A stretch of DNA of 63,962 bases, the filler included, from Reclinomonas americana ATCC 50394 (taxonomy: Eukaryota): NCBI GenBank assembly GCA_048213135.1. It is 4 parts of 2 records of this genome, joined end to end, with 100 filler letters (N's around TTAATTAATTAA, not from the genome) between each part and the next. Parts side by side here need not be neighbours in the genome. Positions count along the whole stretch, not along the records: positions 51,543 to 59,862 come from PS015095.1; positions 59,963 to 63,962 come from PS015098.1; 2 more parts are not named here. One strand, 5' to 3'. The notes below the pieces were generated by a model. It did no database searches. It was not told the origin of the DNA and saw only the letters and a list, made by a program, of their open reading frames with translations. This document shows, in pieces, positions 51,543 through 63,962 of this stretch (positions are counted from its first letter, which is position 1; each line of letters starts with the position of its first letter). The translations under genes were made by a program, and so were the position numbers.

Positions 51543-54500
51543 TTGCTTCTCCAAGAAGGCGCGTTTCCAGCGCAACACCTACGTCTACAACGAGAGCTCC
51601 GGCGAGCTCGTGGCCAAGTCCAAGACGCGTCAACAAGGGTCCATTCGGATCAAGAACAACGAGGTCGCGGTGCGCGCCTTGCACGTCAAGCCACACACGT
51701 ACAGTGTCGACATTTCAACTCCAGTGGAGGGCGGCTCCCTGGAAGTTCGCCGTGTGGAGATTGTGTACAATCCGGCAACCAACACGTTGGTGGTCAGCGA
51801 GCAACCACGAGTGAGTTTCTATTGGGTTCCCCCGTTTTGCCACTGCAGCGTTGTCGGCCCCTCTTAACGCAAGAATGACCTGGGGTGCAGGTTCCGCTGG
51901 CCAGTGTGGCGTCGGACATTATCACATTTGGTGTCGGCACTGGCGTCGAGCAAGTGACGTGGGCGGCCGAAGCACGCGGTCTTACCGTGTCCGGTCACCT
52001 GGAGTCGGCCAGCGAGGATGCGACGGAAACCGACATTGAAAAGGTGGAAAAGCGCATCAACCGCTTGCGTCAGCTGGGCGCAGAGGCCTCACGCCCGCTG
52101 GCGCTGGCGGCGCGCATCATGGCCGGTCTCGGCCTGGTCAAGAGCGTGGTGGCGTCCCCGGAGACGCCCGCGTTCCTGGTCCACGTCATCAAGTTCCTCA
52201 CCCAGAAGCTGCAACACCGCGATCAGTTGGATCCGCGAGGTTTGTGTGCACACGCTCGCTCTCGTTTGATCATGTTTCACAATTCGCTGACACTTATTAT
52301 TTCTCCTCCTTTTGTCATCGCCAGCCTTGTTGCTGCTGCGCTCAATCATGGCCGACTGCCTCTTTATCGCACGACGCCTCACGCGCGACAGCACCGTGGC
52401 GGCTCGTGTCGCCGAGGATGCGGCGGCGGCAAGTGGCGCCGGTGGTGACTCTTCGTCACACCAGATGGCTGTGGGCTTGGCCTCTGCGTTCACCGCCCTG
52501 CGTGAGTTGGAAACCGCGCTTGCGTCCTCCTCCGATGCCGAAGACTTGAGTCTGTGCGAGGAGTGCGGCAGCATCTGCCTGAAGGCCTATGGCCTCTCGT
52601 ACTCGCCCGCCGATGTGGTGGATCGTGTGTCGCAGGGTTGTCGCGAGGGACACTCGCAGGCGGAGTTGCGGTACGCTGTGCAGTTGCTGCGACATGCGGC
52701 CAAGAACCCGCAGATTGTGCACAAGCTGATGTTCTCGGTGAGTGCCATCATCTTGTATGTGTGTGGCCGGCCATCTCGCGTGCGTTCCATTCTGACCTCA
52801 TGTGCGCACGCAGGTGACGGAAGAGGGTCGAGTGAACCACTTCGTCGCCTACATTCTGCGCTTGGTGGCCACCATGGCCGAGGGCGAGTTGACAGCCGTG
52901 CAGGGAACCATCCTGACTGAACTCATTACCATCGCCTGCAACGCGTTCTATGGTGCCACTGATCTGTCGCAAGTGTCGCACGTCGTGGCCATGCAAGTGC
53001 AGTGCATGGTGGAGCTCATTAGCGAGCCGGTGAGTGTCGCCTGCTGCATGGTGCGCGCTCCCGTTATCGCGCCCTGTGTTTGACTGTGGATGGATGTCGC
53101 CGCAGGCGTGGGGATTCGAGAAGCGCGCCATTGCGCTGACGCAGCTGGCACCCGTGTTCTTTGCCGTGTGCCACCAGGCTCTGAGCCTGATTCCGTCGCT
53201 GGCGGATCTCATTTCCGAGTCGCTGCCGGTTCGTCTGCTTGTTTGTTTGTTTGACTGGACTCACTCGTGGCTCTCTGTTTACACCTTGAGTGTGCCTGCA
53301 GATGGAGAAAATCACGTCGCAAGTGTTGCGCTACTGGAGCGCCATTTCGCTGCCGCTGATGTCGCTGTTGGAGGAGCTGCGCTCGTTGATTCACGCCGTG
53401 TCGCCGCTGCGTCCCATTCACCTGCCGCCCAGGTTGCGTGGAGAGAGCAATAGTGTGTTCCGTTCTCTTTGTGCTTATCAGGCGTGGCGTTGTTCTTCCC
53501 CCCTTGCAGTCACGTGACGGTGCTGTCGTTCCACGTTGCCGATGTGGAGCGTCTCACCATTAGCTCGCTGATTGACATTGTGGAGGGCTGCGTCATGTCG
53601 GCCCCGGCCTTGCTGCTGTGCCAAGCAGTCGACACGACGCACCAAACGGAGACGGCGTACTTTTTCACTGGCCCACTTGGCGTCGACGGCCTCGACCAGG
53701 ATGTGCCCTCGATTCGTCGCGGTCCCTCGTCGGCGGCTGCGGGAGCCGAGCTTGCTTTGTTGCGTTGCATACAATACATGTCGCTGTGTGCGCGAGACAC
53801 TCATCACTTCGAGGTCTACGGCAGTGTCCCACCGCAGATCCGTCAGATTCTCTCGCAGAGTCTGGGAATGGCGTTGAATGCTGATGTGAGTGGCGAGTGT
53901 GTGTGTGGCAACTGGAGGGGAGCACAAGTAGTCCACACGACTCACTGTAAAGCACTGTGCAGGCCACGCGGTCGCCCACGTCGGCGGACTATGCAGCAGC
54001 GGCGGCGGCGCCCACCGTCGATCCCATGAGCGAGTGTCACCCGGGTGTTCGCATCCTGCAGCACATTTTGCGTCGGCAACTCGAGAAGCAGGTGCCCCCC
54101 CCCCCCCTCCTTTTACATTTTGTCGACTTCCGTTCTCCCTGTTCCTCATCACATTCGACATGCAGGTTCCCGACTTTGTCAGCAAAACATTCGGCGGACC
54201 GTGCCCTCGTCATGTGGCCGAGCCTGGCTCAGAGGCCGCACTGGCCGACGAGGTGGCAGAGCTGTTTGTGCAGCGCTTCTCCAAGACTTCGGTATGTTGA
54301 TTTTTTATTCGCTACGCGATGTCACCGCGCTCCTCACACCCCACGCTGTGCTTCGCAGTCTGTGAAGCCGCCTCGCGGGTTCGAGGAGTCGTCCGAGGGC
54401 GTCGAGCTGGCCTTCCAGTGTGTGGCCATTAAGAATCTGCACTTGGTCGAGGAGATGTACGAGGTTGCGCTGCAGTTGTCGCAGCGGGATTCCGACGGCA

Positions 54501-57500
54501 GCCGTGTGGATCCAATGTTGCCTCCGGAGCTGGTGAGCTCGTGGAAGAACATCAATCGCATAGTGGCGCTGGCGCTGCGCGATTTGAAGCAGCAGCAGGC
54601 CACTGCGTACGACGAGTTCAAGGCGTCACCGCAAGGTGTGTATCTTGTGTGCTGCCTCGTTTTCGTGTGTGTACCTGTGTGTGCCGACACGTGCGTCTGC
54701 AGCGACGGCTCACGATCGCAGCGAGGAGGGCAAGCATGCGTGGCTGCAGGCGCGATGGGCCGCGATGGTGGCCGACCTGCTGGCCAAGGCCGATTTGCTG
54801 TTTTGCTTCAAATACGTGAGTGCTGATTGCTGTGGCGTGTATTGGGATGCACAATTTCACCGTGGCTCTCCTCCGTGCAGCGACCGACCGATGGACCCGA
54901 CGCCTCCCTCTTCAGCCCTGATCCCGACTTTTTGGATCTCACTCGTACGCACTCGATTCCGGAGCGCAGGTTTGCAATGTGTCCACCCACAGGCAACTGT
55001 GGTGCTGTTGCTCACCCCACATGTTTTTTTCTTTTTGCGTGATCAGTGGTGCGTCTCTGATTGACGCAGTGGCAACTCCGGGTGTTCGTGGCCACAATCC
55101 CTTCGCGGACACCACTCCCCGTGCGTCTCCCTTCCCGTACGCGGTTTGCTTTCACGTGTATTGTCGACTCACCACGCAGTGTGTGTGCAGTGGTGTCTGG
55201 TTTCGAGGCGCGTGGCGTCGATTCCGCGCACCTGTCCAAGTACACTCTGGCACTGAAGCAGTTCTTCCTGCGCGATGGCGTCGACGTCACTCGACTGTAC
55301 GATCTGGCGATCAAGGACGCGGAAAGTGTCTACTACTATGCGGCCGGCCTGCAGTTGCTGTGCCGTCTGCTCGATCTGGCCACCGACCCGCAGCTGGCCA
55401 CTCCTGCGCCACGCTCGGCCTCCGACATGGCCTCTATGTTCCAAGTCAGCGTACAGCAGGCGGAGAAGGCTCATGCGCCGTCCTTGAGCTCGCGTGTGCT
55501 CACCGTGTTTGAGCGCACGCTGTTCCGACGCATGGTGGCCAACAAGTGGTTCCAGCTGCTCCGTTGCGTAATGCCCGCCCTTGCGTTGTATGTGATCTGT
55601 GCCGCTGTTTGCTGAAATTATGGTGCACGCACTGCAGCTGGTCACTCGGTGTTGAGTCGTGCCGACACGACGTGCTCGGTGATGAATGTGCTGTCGCATC
55701 ATTTGCCGCACATCAAGCCAGTGGAGCGTGACGCCCTCATGCTGCTGTTGGACACGGCGTTCCACAAGACTTTGTCGCTGGCGTCTCCCGGTGCCGACGA
55801 CGACGATTCGCCAGCACTGCTGTTGGCGCACTTGTTGCCGCTCTGGAGCATCTTCTGCTTCGGGTATCACGAGCGAGGCCACTTTATTGAGTTTGTCAAG
55901 CGCGTCTTGTCCCTGGTGGGCGATGTTGCGTCCCTGAAACTGTGTGGGGGAAGTATCTGTGTCTGGTGCGCTGACGATGGTGGGTTGCGCAGGCCACCCC
56001 CGGCGGATGGGAACTCTTGCAGTTGCTGGCACTCTGCAGCAACTCGTCGGTCGACACGGGCAAGGAGATCCGCCGCTCGGCGCGCGCCCAGATGAATGCC
56101 GCCATCAACGGCGTTATTGACGTTTTCCTGACTGTTGCGAGTGAGCTGGTGGCGTACGCCCGCGACGGACGCGCAGTCTTTACGGACGAGATTGTCGCGG
56201 CTGAGGAGCGCGTGCTGGACATTTTGTCGCTCTTCACCATGGTTGGACGAGCGGCGAAGCCCAACGCGCCCAACCACCCACTGGCGCTGCTGCGCGAGTC
56301 GAACAATTGCATCCTTCTGGTCGAGGTTTGTGTGTATGTTGTCTTGCGTAGACTTGTGTGAGCGCACCCCCACACACACCCTCGCTTCGCCTGCGACAGC
56401 TGTGCTTGATCAGGGGCATCTCGGCCGACGTGGTGGAGTGGGGCTCGCTGCTGCTCGCGTTGCTGCTGGCCCCACAGAATCCGGCGTTGGTGCAGAGCTG
56501 GCGCAAGGATGGACAGAAGGTACCTTGCCTGCATTCCTGTTTACTTTCTCGCAAACCGTCTCTCACTTGTGCGCTCTCCGTTTGTGCAGCGCAACATCAT
56601 TCTGGAGCTGTTCCGTGCCGCCGCTCCGGCACACGACCCGGCGTACTCGCGCACGCCTGTATTTGCAGTAGACGCGTCCATGACCAAGCAAGATGCCAAG
56701 GTGCGTAGCGGCACTCGCATTTGTGGTCGGCCACCACGCTAAAAAATGTGGATGCAGATTTTGGAAGATGTGTCGTCGGCTGCCGGTGCGACGCTGTTTG
56801 AGACACCCAACCGGTATGCGCGTGCGCTGGCCGCTGATACTCGTCGCCGACCGCTGGCAGCAGCTGGTGCTGCCGCCGCCAAGTCCACGGCAGGTGAAGG
56901 CAGCGGCAGCTCAGCGCCATCCTCTTCGTCCTCGTCGGCCGCGGCACCGACGGCCGCAGCGGGTGGTGATGTGGCACATGCCGGCCGCAAGCGACCTTCG
57001 CACGAACTCACGGACGACGACAGCGGCACCGATGGCGGCGCTGACGATAGCGAGGTGTTGGGATCGCCGGTTGTTGGATCACCGGCCAAGACTCGACCAC
57101 GCTCAGCGTCAAGTGGTGAGGAGGTGCAGTTGACTGCGCCGTCGCAGTCACCAAATCGGTAAGTTCACTGCATGGTGTGCTCTTTTCTTGAAGCATTGCG
57201 CTGATCGGCGGTCTTATAGCCGCGTTGCGACATCTGCCATGCTCAAGTCGGTGGCTCGCCGACTGGTGCAAGACCTGTCGCTCATGTCGAACGAGTGGAG
57301 CTCCTTCTTCTTGGAGCACATTGTTTCCTCCAACATTCTCTGCGATGATGTGGATGCGCCAGTGGCCGATCCAGCCACCGAGTTGCCAACGAAACTGATC
57401 ATCGAAGGCCTCTCTTCGGCGCGTGAAATCGCCGCGGGCGACACCTTCAATGTCGCGTTTGGCCGGTCGGTGGTGGTCGTGTTCACGTCGGTTTTGGTGC

Positions 57501-59862
57501 CGCCGGAAGAGGACAAGAAGCCGGCAGCCTCGGGTGACAAGGCCAAGGACGACAAGAGCAAGAAGCCTGCCGAACCCACCGACCAGTGCATGGTGTATCC
57601 GCTGCCATCGAGCGGTACCATAACCGGTGTCCCGTTGGTGAGTCTTCGACATTTGTTGCTGCTGCTTTTCTATGCTGCGATGCTGAGATGGAATGGTCGT
57701 GTTTGCAGATCCCGCAGCTGCAGGCCGTGGCGCGGGAGTCGCTGCGTCGCGATGCCTTCTCGGCTGGCACCGACGGTGTCACCCTTGAGCACCTGCAGCA
57801 GAGCATTATCGAGTCTCTGCAGAAGACTGTGCACGAGGATGCTGGTGGGTGCTCGTTGAGAGTGTGAGTCTGTCGGCACGTCGCTCATCGTGTCTCTCGC
57901 CAGGTGCTCACATTGCCTCTCTTGTCACTACGGTGTTCAACGAGCACCTGGCGGTGAAGCTTGGTCGCAACGACCTGTGGACGGAGCCGTACGAGATTGT
58001 GGAGAAGGACGACACGCAGTCGCTTGTCTTCAATTCTCCGTTGCGTCCCGTCAGTGCATGTGTGCTACTGGGGCTGTCGACTCAACAAGTGTTCCCGTTT
58101 GCTCTTTGGTGCGCACAGGTTTGTCAACAGCGGCCTCATGTGGACGTCGGTGGGCCAGCGCGTGCTGAATCCGGGCACGTCCATGTACTTTGAGGTGGAG
58201 GTCATGCACTCTGGATCGATTTCATCTGGTCGCTTCGCTGTTGGTGTTTGCCGCCCGAAGGCGTTCACCGCCCTGATGGAGACCGTCTGCTTGCCGACTC
58301 CGGGTACACGCGTCGGCTGCGGCGTGTGCTCCACCGACGACCGCAACATTGTCTTCTTCACGTTCAACGGGCAAGGTACGCTTGGTGGTGTGCAGTAACG
58401 CAGCGCTGCTGTGTGCGTGTGCTGACTTGACAGTCTCAACAGTGCGCACAACGTACCCGATGTTTGACGGCGATTTTACTCCGTGCATTGCGATTGAGAA
58501 CGACGAGACCAAGCTGCGCATTGTGAGCAAGCCCAAGGTGGTGGATCCGCACTCGCGTCTCTCCAAGCTCTTCCTGCTCAGCTTCCCGCGCGCGTATCGG
58601 TGAGGGATGCGACGTCTCGTGCATGACTTGTGTCGGTGACTCACCGTCGTGATTGACATCTGTAGCGATTTTGTGCGCTTCACGAAGCAGCGCGCCTCCA
58701 CGGCATCCACGCAGGTCTCTTTCCTGCGCATCTTTAGCCGCCTGTTGACCTCGCTGCCGAAGCAGATTGCTTGTGCGTGTTCGTTGGGGGTAAAAATTTG
58801 TCGACTCACGGCGTGATTGCTGACCTCGCCGCACACAGTGGCCACCGATGTGATTCCGACCTTCGTGCGCATGGTGCGCAGCCTCCAGCTGGAGGTGCGA
58901 GATGGCAAGCCAGCGGTACGTGTGGAACAGGGCGGAGCAGAGGGAGAGTCGCAATGACGCTGAGTGTGCATTCGTGACCGCAGGACCATGAGTATCTGTT
59001 GGCTGTCGAGCGCGACGCGGAGCAGGTGTTGGTGTCGCGCCTGCGCGTCCTTACCGATGTGGTCATTCAGCTGGCCAACAAGAGCCAGAAATTGCACTTG
59101 CCGCGTCTGTCGGACGCCGTGCGCCTGGCCAAACTGTTGGTTGAGGAAATGGACGTGATGAGCGTGTCGCGCAGCGTGTCGCTCGACAATGTGCAGAGTG
59201 CGTTGTCTCGCTTTGTGGAAGTCATGGATGAGCTCGGTGCGTCGAGTGTGTGTGTGTGTGTGTTTGTGTGTCTGTTTGTGTGCGTGTGACTGAAGCTGAG
59301 CGCTGACAATGGCACAGGCTCGTACCCGGTGGTGGCTCTGTTGAACTGGATCGCCTCGGTCCCGCACCCGAACCCGGTGCATTACAAGGGCGTGATCAAG
59401 ACGCTCTTCCAGCGTCTTGACGAGAGCGTTGCGTAGGAGAGGGGGCATGCAGTGGTGATCGCACCACGGAACTTACCGCCCAAATAATGGCGTTTTGCAG
59501 AATTTGGTCGAGAATCTGTCGCTGGTGACGACACTGAACAAGGTGGGTTGTGTCGATGTATGTGTGTGATCCATGCGCATTCTTTACTCATGTGGTGTTG
59601 CACGCAGAGCATTCCGAGTCAGAAGATGATTCGCGATGCAATGGTCGAGGTGATCTTTATGCGCATGGCGCAGCTGATGGAGACGGCCACTCGTGACGGC
59701 TCGTTCGCCGAGTTGCAGCTGTCGCTGGCAGAGTATCTGTCTGCTGCCGAGGTGGCGGTGAGTAGCATGGAATCCGTGTGTGCGCCGCCGCGCATATATA
59801 CATCTCATTGTGTTGTGGTTCTTGCAGATTTCGCCGTTCGAGCCGGAGGACCCGTCGCTGCA
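51543..59862 (+). CDS. internal part of a giant helical-repeat protein with a SPRY/B30.2-like domain; both ends truncated
   Basis: About 25-30 phase-consistent exons fill the whole contig with no start or stop. SPRY-like segment at about 58120-58520: YFEVEV...FAVGV...GTRVGCGV...VFFTFNGQ...FTPCIAI. Confidence 0.8.
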
Positions 59863-59962
59863 NNNNNNNNNNNNNNNNNNNNNNNNNNNNNNNNNNNNNN
59901 NNNNNNTTAATTAATTAANNNNNNNNNNNNNNNNNNNNNNNNNNNNNNNNNNNNNNNNNNNN
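59863..59962. other. artificial contig-join spacer
   Basis: N44-TTAATTAATTAA-N44. Confidence 0.97.
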
Positions 59963-60383
59963 CAAAAGAAGCAAACAGTGGTGGTGCGGCGTGGTTGAAA
60001 CACAACTCCTGCATGCATCTCTGAAGCCTCGTGATATGATGCAGCTGTGTTGTTGTATGCGGCCGGATGTAGCCTGCTGTTTTACGCTGGTGCCGGTGCC
60101 GTTTTACGGCATGCACATTCGGCAATTTGAATTTCGAATTCCGTGCACGTGTTCGCTGCGACATGCATATTTCAGTTTTTTTGGGGTTCCCCATGTTCCA
60201 TCGTGCAGCTGCAGAAAGAAGCCTCCTTGTGCTATTTGACGTTCGTATATAATGACGCATTTATCGACCGGCGAGACCAGGTTGTCCGCGTGCGCATTTG
60301 CCATTTTTGGCGGGGTTTTTCGATTTCTCACAAGACACACGCACGCACGCACAAGCGAACACACACACACACTCACATGCATC

Positions 60384-61368
60384 ATGGCCGCTGCAGGTCG
60401 CCAAGCGTCGACACCACCCGCGCGCTACATTCGCTGCGAGTTGCTGCACATGGCCGATCCCGTGCTGGCGACAACCACAGATTTTCGTCACCCTCCTGAT
60501 CTTGAAGGCGGCGAAGACGAAGACGAGGTGTTCGACGAGCTGCGTTTGCACGGAAAGCCGCTGCCACCTGTGTACGACAACCTCCACGCACAAGTGGGCG
60601 ATGTCATCAACTTTGGCGACTATCGCGACTGTCGATCATACATTGTAGGCGCGTCTCTCTCCACTCGCGCAGCCTCCCATGTCTCTCACACACACAATGC
60701 CAATGCAGGCGAGACTGGTCGCATGATCCACAACCCAGACTACGGCTCCTCCGGCTACCTCACCATCCCACTGGCCGTCTCGCACCTCTTCCGCCATGCA
60801 GTGGACAAGTTCGCGGCGGTGCCCTGGTCGTACTTGGACGTGGCGGTCGACGACGAGTGGGTAGTGGAGCGACTCGGTGGAGCAGCGCCCGCCCACTGGA
60901 CTCTGTGTCTCAGTGGCGACGATGGCGACGTGGAGGCGATTGTGCTGCGCCTGCCCGACGGCCACGAGCACCGGTTTGGTGTCAATGACCCGAACCTGAC
61001 GCTCGACGCCATGCACGCCTACGTGACGGCACGTGCGCGTCCGCGTATCTCGCTTGTGGTGACAGTGAGCCTCCACGGCGTCGACATGATGCAGGCGTTC
61101 AACGATCGATATCCAACACGCGCGGAAGTTACGCCAAAAGGCTCTGCACAGCCTGCCTGCTCACTCACTGCTCCCCGTCCGCGTGCAGCAATTGCCGCCG
61201 ACACTGGGCGCCGAGTGGTCGCGCGATGGCATGGCCGGCAGTGGCTCTGCAGTCAGCCGCAACAGTCGGTACTGCCTCACCGGACCTCGTGATCAGCTCG
61301 TGCAGCAGCTCACTCTGCTGCGCGAGTGGAGCGCCGGCTTTGAGGAGCAGATCACCGTACAATACTAA
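60384..61368 (+). CDS. hypothetical globular protein (3 exons)
   Basis: Coding-like ORF containing GDVINFGDYRD..SYIVG|ETG.MIHNPDYGSSGYLTIP. The final exon QLPPTLGAEW...EEQITVQY* is joined through a phase-0 intron. Confidence 0.65.
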
Positions 61369-61970
61369 GAATGAATGCTTCTCGAACAACATGACTTCTC
61401 CTCCGCGAGGGCGTGCGTGTGAGAGCCCTCCAGAACGCACACGGCCACTGCACAGCCGTCGTCGTGAGTGATGGAGATTAGTGCTTGTGTGACACCGCGT
61501 GCGTCGGCCTCCTCCAGTGCTCTTCCGCGCAGTTGCACGAGTGGAATGCCTGTGCGTGTGGAGTGAGAGTGTGGGGGAAGCGTGCAAGTGAGTGAGTGAG
61601 CAGAGAGAGAGAGAGAGACCTTTTGCTCCACGAGTGATGCATACATCGGCTGCGGAGAAGCGACGACCGAGCGCCTTGAAGACGGCCTCCTTGGCCGCCC
61701 ATCTGTGAGCAAAGAGACACATTGTTTGCACAGGGAGTCAGCAGACGTGCACACACACACACACACATACCTTCCGGCATAGTGCTCGGCCACTCGTCGA
61801 TCGTGTGTGCTCCACGGCGATTGCATGTGTCGTTCGAGTTCTTCTGGGAAGAGGCGACGCACGACGCGCGAGAAGCGAGTGGTGGTCGTTGTCGAGTCGG
61901 AGAGTGCAAGGAGACGCGCCATGCGATCCACTCGGACCAGGTCGATGCCCAGACCGCGAATGCTCAACAT
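61365..61970 (-). CDS. acpS: holo-ACP synthase (AcpS-type 4'-phosphopantetheinyl transferase, 3 exons)
   Basis: IRGLGIDLV.V.R...AGR|WAAKEAVFKAL...G.P.V.L...LISITHD...AVA are AcpS motifs. Confidence 0.92.
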   Translation of the reverse strand: MLSIRGLGIDLVRVDRMARLLALSDSTTTTTRFSRVVRRLFPEELERHMQSPWSTHDRRVAEHYAGRYVCVCVCTSADSLCKQCVSLLTDGRPRRPSSRRSVVASPQPMYASLVEQKVSLSLSAHSLTCTLPPHSHSTRTGIPLVQLRGRALEEADARGVTQALISITHDDGCAVAVCVLEGSHTHALAEEKSCCSRSIHS

Positions 61971-62106
61971 CGGTTTGGTGAGAAAGGATGGAGGACAAGT
62001 CGACGTTTTCATTCAAGGACTGCTTGCGAGGCGTGGCCTCGTGCTTGTGCTTCCTGTTCTTTCCCTTCGATTGATGCTGCTGCGTCGCGAAGAGGTCTCT
62101 CTCGTA

Positions 62107-63962
62107 TCATTGGAGAGCAGGAAACGCGAATGATAATCTGTCTCGCCCACCGGTTTCCGCTTCGTTACGACTCGGCCTCGGCCAGTGACGCATCTGCAAC
62201 AGCTCGTGTGTGAGTGAAAACAGTGCAGCTACAAGGAAGCAGTGCACGGGGGAATCGTCCACCTTCGCCATCGTCATCGTCCACGACGGCCGCAGTGGCC
62301 AGCAATCCCAGCAGCTCCTGGTTGAACCGGAAGCGCAGTACGTGCGCCTGTTCCCGAATGAAGCAGCGAAGCACCAGCAGCGGCAGCGGCTCGGACCACA
62401 TGTCCATTCCACCCACTTCGTGCTCGTCTTCGCTTTCGTCATCATCGCCACTCAACAGCATGTCCACTTCGCCACTCCCGCCACCACGGTCTGCCGCCTC
62501 CGCCAGATCATCGTCCATTTGCTGCTGCTGCTCCCGTACCTCTCGTAATGCCTCCATGGCGTCATACACGGCCACCATCTCCTGCTCCATGCACCATCGA
62601 GAGCCCCACAAGCCTGCAACCACAACCATGAATCACACTTGTCGCACACTCTCCCACGCACACAAACAATCAACAACAAACCATGCTCCCACAATCTCGC
62701 CGTGCGGTCAAAGCTGCCGCTCACAATGCGGCCATCCTGCAGAAAGGCGGCCGAGTACACACTGTCACCGTGGCCCTCACACACGGCGACGCACACACCC
62801 GACTCGACGTGCCACACGCGCAGAGTGTGATCTGTTGAGACACACATCGGGTGAGAGGACACACACGGAGCAGCGACAGATTCTTTGCACAAACGCAACC
62901 AGGCGAGGCACTGACAACGTGTGACCCGTCAGTGGAGAAGCAGAGGCTCCACACAGAGCCCTCGTGACCCTCTAGCGTGCGCACTATTTCGCCTCGACGC
63001 AACGACCACACCACAATACGACTGTCTTGGTGACCGCTCACCATGGTGTCACCGTCGGGCGACAGCGCCAACGAGAACACAGGACTCTCGGCAGGCAACG
63101 AGCGCACCAACTCGCCCGTCTCCACCTTCCACAATTGAATCACACGGTCCCACGACCCGCTGAGCAGGAGATCGTCGTCGGGTGTCAACTCCAGCCCAAA
63201 CACCGCATTCGCGGGTCCCTGAATGACACGCACACACTCGCCAGTGGCCGCCAGCCACATGCGAATCGATCGCTCCCGTGAACCACTAAACACGTACAGA
63301 TTGTTGCGTGTCACCACCAGACACCGCACACCATCCGTGTGCCCCACCCCGCGCCACGCCAGCCGTCCACCACCAGGCCCGTGCCCGTGTCTCTGCAACA
63401 GACCCGACAGGTCCCACATCACCACGGCCTTGTCCCAGCCGCCACTGACCAAGCGGAAGGGGTCAGTGGGCGAAAAGAGCACGGCATAGACGCCGCGCGT
63501 GTGACCCTCCAGCACGCTCAACAACTCAAAGCCGTCACCATCAAACACGCGCACTTTCTTGTCTGAGCACGCTGTCACCACCAGTTGGCGGACCTGCGGG
63601 GTGGTGAAGAAGGGTGAGGGAGGGAGGGGGAAGGAGGCGAAGGAGCGAGGAAGGGGGGAAGGAGTGGAAGGAGGGTGAAGGAGGGGGAAGGAGGGAAAAG
63701 GAGGGAAGAGGAGACTGAGAAGGAGGAAGGAGGGGAAAGGAGGGGGAAGAGAGGGGGAAGAGAGGGGGAAGAGAGGGGAAGGAGGGGAAGGAGGAGGAGG
63801 AGGAGGGGGAAGAGTGGGGGGAGACTGAGAAGGAGGAGAAAGGAGGGGAAGGAGGGGAAGGAGGGGAGGAGGGGAAGGAGGGGAGGAGGGGAGGAGGGGA
63901 GGAGGGGAGAGAGGGAGGAGGGAAGGAGGGACTGCTGTACGGCCAAGGCGGATGTACGGTAC
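62107..63962 (-). CDS. WD40-repeat protein, 5' end outside the window, 3' end approximate
   Basis: At least 7 GH...WD-type repeats (LEGHTRGVYAV.FSP, SGGWDKAVVMWD, SGSWDRVIQLW, SASPDHTLRVW, SGSFDRTARLW), followed by an acidic tail. Confidence 0.92.
63604..63930. repeat. purine-rich (GGA/GGGGAA) low-complexity tract, intronic in the WD40 gene
   Basis: About 325 nt of almost only G and A on the + strand, bounded on the - strand by a GT donor near 63932 and a CAG acceptor near 63594. Confidence 0.85.

Noticed and set aside
63575-63946. L/P/S-rich ORF on the - strand
   Set aside because: It is a translation of an intronic polypyrimidine/polypurine tract in the WD40 gene.

Overview
GC-rich, gene-dense eukaryotic (protist-like) draft genomic DNA. 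It is a concatenation of at least four contigs joined by artificial 100-nt N/TTAATTAATTAA spacers, with further internal N gaps. About 25 protein-coding genes or fragments are present, broken by many short (about 45-110 nt) GT-AG introns and micro-exons, so the ORF track shows only pieces. Recognisable genes: MA3-domain fragment, RRP1/Nop52 fragment, IscU, a catalytically degenerate calpain with an EF-hand/EFCAB7-like tail, cysteine synthase, MsrA, an SHCBP1/Nessun-dorma-like protein, an armadillo-repeat protein, a TBC protein, a very large FN3 surface glycoprotein, a bacterial-type trehalose synthase (TreS), a MYST acetyltransferase, a multi-repeat Myb protein, a glycerol-3-phosphate acyltransferase, a giant SPRY-containing protein, AcpS and a WD40 protein. 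The standard genetic code fits all reconstructed exons. The most striking signal is in the splice sites. Besides ordinary GTNNGT donors (GTGCGT, GTGAGT), I count by hand 38 frame-consistent donors reading GTTGCG(T), the usual motif displaced by one nucleotide. 34 of the 38 follow an exon that does not end in G. This suggests an abundant second 5' splice-site class read in a shifted or bulged U1/U6 register. All gene models were spliced by eye and homology calls rest on recalled motifs, not database searches.
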